A stretch of DNA of 33,240 nt. It comes from Octopus bimaculoides (Eukaryota). Location of the stretch: NCBI RefSeq assembly GCF_001194135.2, contig NC_068988.1:24591260-24624499 (forward strand), written 5' to 3'. Every line of letters begins with the position of its first letter. The first letter of the stretch is position 1. Positions 1 to 9,625 of the stretch are shown one piece after another. The notes below the pieces were generated by a model that did no database searches, had not been told where the DNA came from, and worked only from the letters and a program-made list of their open reading frames with translations. The position numbers and the translations under genes were made by a program.

Positions 1-832
1 TGAAGTAAAATTTATTCGAATTTCAGAAACGATAAACAAAAGTTGTAGAAGAAGAATAAAGCTTCAATAAAATGAATAAATAAGTAAGTAAATATAGCAA
101 CAACAAAAAACAGACGATGAATTAGCTAAGGATTCTGCAGTGTAGGATCGAACTGGCTTCGGGCTTCAGAGAATCAACCCGGCACCCCGTTTTGCTTTAA
201 CGGGAGAAAAGAACAATTGAGAGTCCTCCAGCAGGCAATTAAACACATGCCGAGGCGGCGTGTTAACTTTATGAAAAGCAAAAACCGAAACCGCCTGCTG
301 CCGGAAAAATTCACAAAACAAGATGGCTATAACCGCAGTTGTTTTGTCCGATAGCAGTACAAGATAGAGGAAAAGATGAATGACACAAGCAGACGAAGAT
401 GCTTTGATCCTGGTTCTGGATATTTAAATGCTATTATTCATATAGCTTTATATGTGCTTCAAAATCTAGTTCCACAACCGAATTATTTCATATTCTGTTG
501 AAGGTTATAAATTCTTATGGCGTCAACATACATACATATGTCTCTCTTTGAATAAAGTACTTAAATTGAGGAACCTTGCTAGGTCGGTATAATCCGCACA
601 CCCAAACAATATCAATTGAATATTGAATAGCAAGACTCCGTGCAAGGTTGTTTGTACCTGTTATTCATACCGTGTGTGCAGACAACGCAACCCAGCTAAG
701 CGAAGATATCAGCTCTTGGTAATTCAGGCATGTACTTTTTATAAAGGCACTTTCTGTAGTATTTCCGAAGTGCTGATTCTAAGTTATATGAATAAAATAT
801 AAATAAATAACAAAAATGTACAGGTGCCAATT

Positions 833-913
833 CATTACACCTGTTTCAAGCTAATCTTTTAATTGATTAAAGAAAAAATTACATCATATGAAAGAAACCG
901 TTCTCGTCAGATG
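833..913 (-). ncRNA. Degenerate hammerhead-like motif with a long stem II region
   Basis: Minus strand reads CAT-CTGACGA-(56 nt)-GAAAC-AGGTGT-A-ATG. The core, GAAA, near-palindromic stem III, GUA triplet and a 3-bp stem I are present, but stem II pairs poorly. Confidence 0.35.
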
Positions 914-991
914 GCCGGATAGACTTCAAACATAAAGGACACAAGTATTTCTTTAACATATTCACATCAACAATGGAACTCAAAATATTCA

Positions 992-995
992 ACAC

Positions 996-1038
<43 letters not shown>
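992..1038. repeat. Compound (CA)n(TA)n microsatellite
   Basis: Read directly from the sequence. Confidence 0.95.
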
Positions 1039-1043
<5 letters not shown>

Positions 1044-1059
1044 TTATTTACATGCATTT

Positions 1060-1276
1060 GTGTGTGTTTGTCTTTAAGTTGTTTCCCCTCCATAATCGCT
1101 TGACAACAGGTGTTCGTTTATTAACGTCATAGTTACCGAGCGGTTCAGCAAAAGAAACCAATAAAATAAATACTAGACTTTAAAAAATATTTACTGAAGT
1201 TGATTTGTTCGACTAAGCCTTTCAAGGTGGATGCCCTTGCATGGCCACAGTCCAAACACTAAAAGAAGTAAAAGAG
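1060..1276 (+). mobile_element. SINE family C, 3' half (diverged)
   Basis: cgcttgacaac...gcggttcagcaaaag...ttgttcgactaa...gcatggccacagtc...aagtaaaag matches 11520-11705 and 27963-28152. Confidence 0.75.
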
Positions 1277-1374
1277 TCTAACCATTCAACAAAGTTATTT
1301 AGCAATGGGTTTGTTATTCTGTTCGCTATATAAAAAGTCTACTATAATAATTTCATTCAAGCTTTATAGAACAT

Positions 1375-1535
1375 TAAATCGAACCAGTACTTGATTACTA
1401 CTTTCTATCGACCAAGACAAAATGAAATGTAAATTCGACCGTGGCAGGATTTGAACTCAGAGCGTAATGAACCGTATCTTCATGCTGCAAACGTTTTATC
1501 CAATAGTTTAACGAATTTTACCAGTCCACTGCTTG
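1375..1535 (-). mobile_element. SINE family B, old degenerate copy
   Basis: atttgaactcagagcgtaa is the reverse complement of the B-box segment, followed by degenerate tatcgacc and gaccg motifs. Confidence 0.6.
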
Positions 1536-1885
1536 TATTTTTGAGAGATCATGTTCATAGTATGATTTTTGTTTTCTCTATAACAATAACTAAAAATGTG
1601 AAATGAAACAGAAGCATGTGAATCGATAGCGTGTCTCCAGCTTGGCTGACAGGAAGACTAATTTCTCATGTTTTTCTTCTATAAAATAGATATTGACTAC
1701 TCACACACAAACACACACACAAAAAAAAACCAAACACAAACACACCACCCATCTACACACGTTCATATCACTCATACACATGTATTGGTGATGAATAGTC
1801 AAGATACCCTGTACCATCCAATTCTTCTTCGCTCTGTGTTTCTCATTTCAAATTCTACCAATTTGATTGGTAGTTAATTGATTAT

Positions 1886-2046
1886 CAGGCATAGCTGTGC
1901 AGTTAAGAGTGGTTCGCTTCGCAGTCGCGTGGTTTTAAGTTCCATCAGACTTCATGGCATTTTGAATAGGTGTCTATAACCATTACGTCGAGTTGACCAG
2001 TTTTGTGAGTAAAATTTCATAGATGGAAACTGTGTGAAAAGTTCGT
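1886..2046 (+). mobile_element. SINE family C, 5' half (highly diverged)
   Basis: Similar to 5726-5890 and 11322-11475 (gtgagt...atagatggaaactg). Confidence 0.5.
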
Positions 2047-2279
2047 AAAATTAAACCGTTTCTTAGCCTGACATCACTATCAGGTCGTAAATGCCTTTGG
2101 CGTAACTCGCTAAGCTGCAAGTCTTCAGGCTGGGTCTCATTTCAGAAGAGAACCTCCTCTTGTCAGTCTTGAAAGCATTGACAACAGTCAAGTATGTTGC
2201 TCTCCCTTATTTGAATAAGCCATAAAAATTAACCAGTAACATATTTAATGATATCATCGGTTGGGAAAAAAACTAATGC

Positions 2280-2413
2280 AAAAGGCAAGCGAAATGGATA
2301 GGACGCATGTCTTTCTTTCGTGGGAGTGTGAGAGAGAAAAATATACTAGAGAAACTATGTCGAGGAGTAAATGATAAGGAAGAAAATCTATATGTATTGT
2401 GGGGCATCATGTG
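2280..2413 (+). pseudogene. Possible decayed RTE-type LINE ORF2 C-terminal fragment
   Basis: Frame reads KRQAKWIGRM, resembling the 'RRQLKWxGH' motif recalled from RTE ORF2 3' ends; short match only. Confidence 0.25.
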
Positions 2414-2459
2414 AAAGGAGGCTCGAATGTTGTGGGAGAAGCGCGATGTGGAAAGAAGT

Positions 2460-2828
2460 TGTTGTTGTTGGCACTCCGTCGCTTACGACGTCGAGGGTTC
2501 CAGTTGATCCGATCAACGGAACAGCCTGCTCGTGAAATTAACGTGCAAGTGGCTGAGCACTCCAGAGACACGTGTACCCTTAACGTAGCTCTCGGGGATA
2601 TTCAGCGTGACACAGTGTGACAAGACTGGCCCTTTGAATTACAGGCACAACAGAAACAGGAAGTAAGAGTGAGAGAAAGCAGGGTTCGCCACCATCCCCT
2701 GCCGGAGTCTCGTGGACCTTTAGGTGTTTTCGCTCAATAAACACTCACAACGCCCAGTCTGAGAATCGAAACCGCGATCCTATAACCGTGAGTCTGCTGC
2801 TCTAACCAGTCGGCCATTGCGCCTCCAC
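2460..2828 (-). mobile_element. SINE family A (tRNA-derived head), full length
   Basis: Reverse complement of the copies at 8716 and 16235, with an (AAC)n tail. Imperfect TSD gtggaaagaagt (2448-2459) / gtgggaaaaagt (2829-2840). Confidence 0.9.
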
Positions 2829-3097
2829 GTGGGAAAAAGTAAAATACATAAATAAGACAAAGAGAACGAGATGAAGCTGAGAAAAAGGTACAGGAGTTAA
2901 GAAGAAAGGTATATAAACAATGATATAAGTTCAGTCATAGTGAGGAGAGATAAAGAGGAAATGCGCTGGTTAAAGCGGCCAGAACATGGGATTAGTAAAA
3001 GTTCATCGGGAAAATAAAAACAAAATGTTGGTAAGATATGGAGAACTGGAATGTTAGCAGTGGTACGGGGAATAGAGGTAATGAGCTAAACAATCTA

Positions 3098-3224
3098 CAG
3101 GGTGTCCACAAGGTCTGGGTACATGTAGTAAATAAAATCATAACATAAACAATTAAATATAAGAAATAATAATTTCTTAAAGTATGTGTTACTCTTCATG
3201 TACCCAGACGTTGTGGACACCCTG
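3098..3224. mobile_element. Tc1/mariner-type MITE, 127 bp
   Basis: 28-bp TIRs CAGGGTGTCCACAAGGTCTGGGTACATG (1 mismatch), flanked by TA at 3096-3097 and 3225-3226. Confidence 0.9.
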
Positions 3225-3256
3225 TATAATGGAAAGTAGAAGGGTAGAAAATTGAA

Positions 3257-3709
3257 GGCGGTGAGCTGGCAGAAACTTTAGCACACTGGGCGAGATGCTT
3301 AGTGGTATTTCGTTTGCCGTTACGTTCTGAGTTCAAATTCCGCCGAGGTCGACATTGCCTTTCATCCTTTCGGGGTCGATAAAATAAGTACCAGTTACGC
3401 ACTGAGATCGATGTAATCGACTTAATCCCTTTGTCTGTCCTTGTTTGTCCCCTCTATGTTTAGCCCCTTGTGGGCAGTAAAGAAACAAGAAACGTTAGCA
3501 CTCCGGGCGAAATGCTTAGCGGTGTTTCTTCTGCCGTTACGTTCTGAGTTCAAATTCCGCCGAGGTCGACTTTGCCTTTCATCCTTTCGGGGTCGATAAA
3601 TTAAGTACCAGTTACGCACTGGGATCGATGTAATCGACTTAATCCCTTGGTCTGTCCTTGTTTGTCCCCTCTATGTTTAACCCCTTGTGGGCAATAAACA
3701 AATAAGAAA
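3257..3709 (+). mobile_element. SINE family B head-to-tail dimer
   Basis: A-box-like TGGCAGAA and B-box GAGTTCAAATTCC. The second unit starts at aaacgttagca (3490), directly after the first tail. Confidence 0.9.
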
Positions 3710-3724
3710 ATTGAATATAAATGA

Positions 3725-3765
<41 letters not shown>

Positions 3766-3769
3766 GCTA

Positions 3770-3970
3770 AACGGCGCGCTTCTTTCAGTTTGTCAACCAT
3801 ATATACACACACAAACACACCATATTTGTATGTGTGTGAGGGGCTTCCACACAGTTTCTATCCACTAAATTTACCAACAGAAGACACTCACCCAAGGTGC
3901 CGCACAGTGGGAACTGAACCGGCAACCACGTTGTTGCAAAGAGAGCCTTTTATCCATACTGCCATACCTG
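3770..3970 (-). mobile_element. SINE family C, 5' half (diverged)
   Basis: cttctttcagtttg...atccactaaat...cccaaggtgccgcacagtgggaactgaacc is the reverse complement of the family C head. Confidence 0.65.
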
Positions 3971-4159
3971 TATTTGTATGTATACATGTGTGTATGCACG
4001 AAAGCCCCCACACGCACATATTATGGACATGTATGAAAGTGTATATATACGCATGTGTATGTATATCTGTGCGTGTATATATTTGTATATGTATGCTTAT
4101 TTATACACATACGTCTATACATGCATGTGGATAACTTCATGCTGTTGTATCTTAGAGTC

Positions 4160-4254
4160 TCTCTGCCTGTCTGTCTTTGTTTCTATTTGTCTCTCTGTCT
4201 CTCTGTCTCTCTCTGTTTCTCTCTCTCTCTCTTTCTCTTCTCCCCTCTCTCTCT
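4160..4254. repeat. (TC)/(TCTG)-rich microsatellite
   Basis: Read directly from the sequence. Confidence 0.9.
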
Positions 4255-4535
4255 GAAGCTAAGGAACAAAATTATTAAATGTCATATAACCTTGCCCAAG
4301 TGAGCAAAGTTCTTCAACTTTAATTATACTTTAACTCACCAAATGATACTTTGAAAGTCGGCCAGAGTTATCTGAGGCTTCCTCATGCTGTGGTTAATTG
4401 TAACCAGCATATCGGTCTAATATTGCTACACAGCTTATGAAATCAGATACAGGAGAGCGACAAAACTAATAGAAATCATTGTAGAGCTACACTAAAGCAA
4501 AACAACCAAAATGATTCTCATTGTTCTTTTGTACT

Positions 4536-4688
4536 CTAGGCACAAGGCTCAAAATTTTGGGGGAGAGGGCCAGTCGATTAGATCGATGCCAGTACGCAGC
4601 TGGTGCTTAATTTATCGACCCCGAAAGGATGAAAGGCAAAGTCAACCTCAGCGGAATTTGAACTCAGAACGTAAAGACAGACGATAAA
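4536..4688 (-). mobile_element. SINE family B copy (variant tail, 5' truncated)
   Basis: ttaatttatcgaccccgaaaggatgaaaggcaaagtcaacctcagcggaatttgaactcagaacgtaa is the reverse complement of the family B core. Confidence 0.9.
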
Positions 4689-4714
4689 TGATTATCATTA
4701 TTAATGAATACAAA

Positions 4715-5650
4715 GGCAGCGAGCTAGCAGAATCGTTAGCACACCGGGCGAAATGCTCAGCGGTATTTCGTCTGCCGTTACGTTCTGAGTTCAAATTCCG
4801 CCGAGGTCGACTTTGCCTTTCATCCTTTCGGGGTCGATAAATTAAGTACCAGTTACGCACTGGGGTCGATGTAATCGACTTAATCCGTTCGTCTGTACTT
4901 GTTTGTTCCCTCTATGTTTAGCCCCTTGTGGGCAATAAACGAAATAGGTATTTCGTCTGTTGCTACGTTCAAATTCTGCCCAGGCTGATTTCCTGTTCAT
5001 CCTGTTGGGATCGATAAATTAAGTGCCAGTTGCGTACTGGGGGTCGATTTAATCGACTGGCCCTCTACCCCTAAATTTCAGGCCTTGTGCCTAGAGTAGA
5101 TAGGATTATTAAAGGAACACAGAAGGCGACGAGATGGCAGAATCGTTAACACGTTGGAGGAAATGCTTAGCGATATTTCGTCTGCCGCAATGTTTTGAGT
5201 TCAAATTCCACCGAGATAGACTTTGCCTTTCATTCTTTCGGAGTCGATAAATTAAGTACCAGTCAAGTATGGGGTCGATGTAATCGACTCAGGCCCTCTC
5301 CCAAATTTCAGGCCTTGTGCCTATAGTAGAAAGGACTATTAAAGGAACACAGAAGGCGGTGAGATGGCAGAATCGTTAAGCACTCCTGTCAAAATGCTTA
5401 GGGGCATTTCGTCCCTCTTCATATTCTGAGTTCAAATTCTGCCGAGGCCTTTCACCTTTTCGGGGGTCGATAAGATAAATACCGGTCAAGTGCTAGAGTC
5501 GATGAAAGCGACTATATCCCTTTTCCCCCAAATTTCAGGTCTTGTGCCTACAGCAGAAAGGACTATTAAAGGAATATGGAAGGTGGCGAGCTGGCAGAAT
5601 CGTTACCACGCCGGTCAAAATGCTTAGCGTCGTTTCGTCCGTCCTTTGTT
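4715..5650 (+). mobile_element. SINE family B tandem array (about 5 units, some partial)
   Basis: Repeated heads (ggcagaatcgtta) and cores. The linker aaaggaa(c/t)a recurs at 5111, 5341, 5568 and 5681. Confidence 0.9.
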
Positions 5651-5725
5651 GGCTTTGGGCTAAAATTTAAAACCATTATTAAAGGAATACAGAACATTAG
5701 AGAATAAAAGGAAACTGAGACAATA

Positions 5726-6340
5726 GGCGCAAGCGTGGCCATGTGGCAAGTCGTTTGCTTCCAAATTACATGGTTCTTGGTTCAGTCCTACTGCGTGGCA
5801 CATTGGACTCCTGTCTTCTACTATAGTCTCGTGCCTACCAAAGTTTAGCGAATGGATTTGACAGACGGAAACTGAAAGAACCCTGTCGTATATACATACA
5901 TACATACAAATGATATGTGAGCATATGCATATATATACATATATGTACATACCTACATTTACATGTATATATGGATGCATATCCGGGTACAGGACGTCAA
6001 AAAAACGTGGGCAGAAAAGGAACGGGAATATAAACAAAGCACAAAAAACGAACTTTTTTTACGGACAACAGAATGAACACATAGGAAAACAGACAAGCCA
6101 CATATGGAACTTTTCCTTCATCAGCTGCCTCTATTCTACAAACATACATACATACATACATATGTGACACTGTGTTTGTTCCACACTACCGTGTGACAAC
6201 TGGTGATGGTTTGTTTACCTTCCTGTGACAGAGCAGTTTAGCAGAAAGAGACTTAAGCACTGGGGTCGATTCGTTCAACTAAGCTCACCAAGGCGTTGCC
6301 CCGACATGACCATAGTTCAACGACTAAAACAAGTAAGATA
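5726..6340 (+). mobile_element. SINE family C, both halves, with a nested insert in its internal microsatellite
   Basis: Head 5726-5890, then a TA/TACA tract interrupted by unrelated sequence at about 5985-6140, then the 3' half 6165-6340. Confidence 0.7.
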
Positions 6341-6732
6341 TGAAAAAGAAATGAATAGATAAATTGCTTCCCAACGAATCTAATCGATTGAGTTATTTGA
6401 ATAAAGTAATCGAAGTTCAGTCAAGGACACGTAACAAGAACAAGTGATGGATTATAAAATTATTGATTTAGAAGCTGAACACACGACAGGATGGAAACGT
6501 TTTTTGTTTGTTTGTTTGTTTGTTTGTTTCATTCTTTGTTTTATTATGTTTTGTTTTTGTTTTTCTTTCGTGTTCAAAGGTAGTGAAAACACTCGAAATG
6601 ACTACCACACAAAACTAGTAAAACTATAAATCTTTCTAACAACAATCCATATAACTAACAACAAAAATGATACCTCATATACAAATACAAAAATGTACAG
6701 ACAGACAGACAAAGAGGCATGTAGACATATAT

Positions 6733-6793
<61 letters not shown>

Positions 6794-7003
6794 CGAGCTG
6801 AATTGCCCGTCGTTGCCAGGCAATTTTTACAATCGACTGTCTTATATAAATTTTTATTTATTCCTTATCAGAGCATGACTTCCCATACAGATAGTCCTCT
6901 TAATTAGGACAGATTTGGATAAGCTTTCGTCAAAAATCTTGGTTGGGGATTTTTTTCCTTCTTGAATTACTTACATGTCCGTTCCATTAAAACTTCAAAA
7001 GTT

Positions 7004-7205
7004 NNNNNNNNNNNNNNNNNNNNNNNNNNNNNNNNNNNNNNNNNNNNNNNNNNNNNNNNNNNNNNNNNNNNNNNNNNNNNNNNNNNNNNNNNNNNNNNNN
7101 NNNNNNNNNNNNNNNNNNNNNNNNNNNNNNNNNNNNNNNNNNNNNNNNNNNNNNNNNNNNNNNNNNNNNNNNNNNNNNNNNNNNNNNNNNNNNNNNNNNN
7201 NNNNN
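7004..7205. other. Assembly gap
   Basis: N run. Confidence 1.
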
Positions 7206-7322
7206 CGATCACAACGACCCCAGTGTTCAAATGGTGCTTATTTTATCCTCTCTGATAGAATGAATGGCAAAGTTGACCTCAGCAGAATTTAAAGTCTGAA
7301 CGTGAGGCAGAGAAAATGCCGT
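7206..7322 (-). mobile_element. SINE family B, degenerate fragment
   Basis: gaccccagtg...ggcaaagttgacctcagcagaattt. Confidence 0.65.
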
Positions 7323-7408
7323 TGTATGTGTGCGCGCGTGTGTATAAGACAGAATAAGTTAACAAAGCCAAGGCTGTGAGTAGTTTTCAGGACATTTATA
7401 AAGAAATA

Positions 7409-7456
7409 GTCTTACAGGTGTTTCTGGGATATTATGGATATCCCTTCATCAGAGAC
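7409..7456 (-). ncRNA. Minimal type-I hammerhead ribozyme motif (Penelope-like-element type)
   Basis: Minus strand: GTCT-CTGATGA-A-GGGATAT-CCATA-ATATCCC-A-GAAAC-ACCTGT-A-AGAC. Stem I GUCU/AGAC, 7-bp stem II, exact core and GAAA, stem III ACA/UGU, GUA cleavage triplet. Confidence 0.85.
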
Positions 7457-7585
7457 GGTGTGAGAAAATATTTGAGTTCGTATTATTATGCTTGCTAATA
7501 CAAGACCAACAGTAAACTCCTCACGCGTATCATTATCGAACCAAGAGTTTAACTTCGGTCTGTCCATAGCACTTACTTAGCGTTA

Positions 7586-7801
7586 CGAGAGGATGCTGAA
7601 AAGTTCCTCGCTTTGGATAAAAGAAAATAAAAGAGGATCAGTTAATTAAGATTTTATCCAACATATTCCCCTCTCAGATTCACACACTAATTGCAGCGAC
7701 GTTCAGCTTTTCTAAGTCCTGTAAAAGAACTCGAAAGTTTGGTCCTTCAGCCAGGCTTTTCGCGATACTTTTAAAGTGAGGAACTTTTCAGCACTCCTTC
7801 G
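7586..7801. mobile_element. Mariner-type MITE, 216 bp
   Basis: TIRs CGAGAGGATGCTGAAAAGTTCCT versus CGAAGGAGTGCTGAAAAGTTCCT (reverse complement of the right end), flanked by TA at 7584-7585 and 7802-7803. Confidence 0.85.
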
Positions 7802-8084
7802 TACTATAATTTAAATATTAGAGTAATAATAACCCCGCCCCCAAGAAAATGAGAAGAAATATTTTTAAATGAACCAAAATATAAAATATACACTTACTTA
7901 TAAAAGAATACACTTAATTAGTGTCTACGTTATGTTTGATTGGCCAGAATTCGAAAGAATTGATTTGTCATCGGAAGTTTTGTATTCAGACTGTTGACTT
8001 TTAACGTGAATCAAGAATTTCCTCCATTTCTGCAGCCGCAACATTCTGAGTATACGCCGCTCGAAGTTATAAATGATAGCCTGG

Positions 8085-8658
8085 GGATCTTTTTTAAAAC
8101 GGGGGCCACATTTTTCATTAACGAAACACTTTGAAATTTGGAACACTGGTAGAATGTGTCATATAAAACATCTTTGTCTCTTAGTCTTCTTTAAAAAAAA
8201 AGAAATCCATAAGTTATTCCATGTTAAAGTTGTCGTATTTCTGTAATTTCAACCAATCACTGACGTTCATTCAGCCGATATACATTAAGTGCCGACTACA
8301 TAAACAAACGATTCTGAAACAATTAACCCTAACCCTAACCCTAACCTTAAGGTTAGGGTTAGGGTTAAAGCAAATTTAAAATGAAAAAAGCAAATAAAAC
8401 GAAGGTATGGAGATTAAATACGCTTTACACCGCTTAATCAGCCAAAGGAGTAAATATAAACAACTGAATACTTGTCAGTGATTGGTTGAAATTATCGAAA
8501 TAAGACAATTTTTTACATGAAATGAATTCGAATACAAAAATATTTTTCTGTTCTATAACACAAAATAGATAAGTATACGAAGTTTGAAAGTCTTTCCGTA
8601 CCAAAAACACTACGTAAAACATTAATGAAAAATGTGGCCCCCGTTTTAAAATAGATCC
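8085..8658. mobile_element. Non-autonomous DNA transposon with 37-bp TIRs and an 8-bp TSD (Merlin-like; hAT or P not excluded)
   Basis: TIRs 8085-8121 and 8622-8658 (1 mismatch, starting GG). TSD TAGCCTGG at 8077-8084 and 8659-8666. Exact internal 20-bp inverted repeat at 8245-8264 / 8474-8493. Confidence 0.85.
8325..8367. repeat. Back-to-back telomere-type repeats (CCCTAA)n-(TTAGGG)n
   Basis: Perfect 38-bp palindrome at 8330-8367, centred on TT|AA. Confidence 0.95.
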
Positions 8659-8715
8659 TAGCCTGGTCCATAGGCCCTAATATATTTAACATTCCTTTGT
8701 ATATAATGTCTATGT

Positions 8716-9052
8716 AGTGGAGGCGCAATGGCCCAGTGGTTAGAGCAGCGGACTCGCGGTCATTGGATCGCGATTTCGATTACCCGAGGCTCTAGCAGGA
8801 GATGGTAGCGAACCCTGCTGTACTCTTTCACCACAACTTTCTCTCACTCTTACTTCCTGTTTCTGTTGTGCCTGTAATTCAAAGGGTCAGCCATGTCACA
8901 CTGTGTCACGCTGAATATCCCCGAGAACTACGTTAAGGGTACACGTGTCTGTGGAGTGCTCAGCCACTTGCACGTTTTTTTCACGAGCAGTCTGTTCCGT
9001 TGATCGGATCAACTGGAACCCTCGACGTCGTAAGCGACGGAGTGCCAACACA
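8716..9052 (+). mobile_element. SINE family A with an internal deletion
   Basis: A-box TGGCCCAGTGG and B-box-like TTTCGATTACC. 11-bp TSD AATGTCTATGT at 8705-8715 and 9053-9063. Confidence 0.95.
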
Positions 9053-9518
9053 AATGTCTATGTTCATAGCCAAACAGGAAAATTACATGGTTTGAAAATA
9101 AATATATTATTAGTGTATTGTACAAACCAAACAGAAGATTTCCGAGTCCTATTTGTGATTTCATCACCATCAAATTTTTCATCACATCTATAAATGTAGC
9201 GAAACATATGAAGGAAGGTAAATATTTTCAGAGCTTTACCGTACGTTATTATGTTATGATACTCACGAGATTTTCTAGAAGAGGGCAGTTAAAGAACAAC
9301 AGTTATACAGAGATTTATTGCGAAATTGAAAAGTGTTTCATAGCAATGAAAATTTCTCCTTAAGTGTTCCAATAAATTTTTTTTTTATTGTTTGTGACGA
9401 TATCACTGCAATCAGGTTATAAGAGATCTCTTATCAGATATAAAACAGTAATTCAGAATTAAAGCTTTTGAGATCCAATGGGTTACCTGTATATAATATC
9501 TCTCTCATACGTTCTCAT

Positions 9519-9555
<37 letters not shown>

Positions 9556-9625
9556 ATGCTCATGGACACAACACATATGTGCATATATATGTATCTGTAT
9601 AAATACAAACGCATGAATGTATATA

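Noticed and set aside
2050-2135. Minus-strand CTGAAGA plus hairpin, and a nearby GAAACGGT
   Set aside because: No GAAA follows the hairpin and the second motif lacks a proper core; too degenerate to call.
3257-5650. CRISPR-like repeat array
   Set aside because: The units are ~230-bp SINE copies without unique spacers, in eukaryotic DNA with no cas genes.
6790-6825. Possible Helitron/HINE-like 5' end after (TA)n
   Set aside because: Resemblance from memory only; the other terminus would fall in or beyond the adjacent gap.
8325-8367. Telomere-fusion scar
   Set aside because: The orientation is (CCCTAA)n then (TTAGGG)n, the reverse of an end-to-end fusion, and it sits inside a TSD-bounded element.
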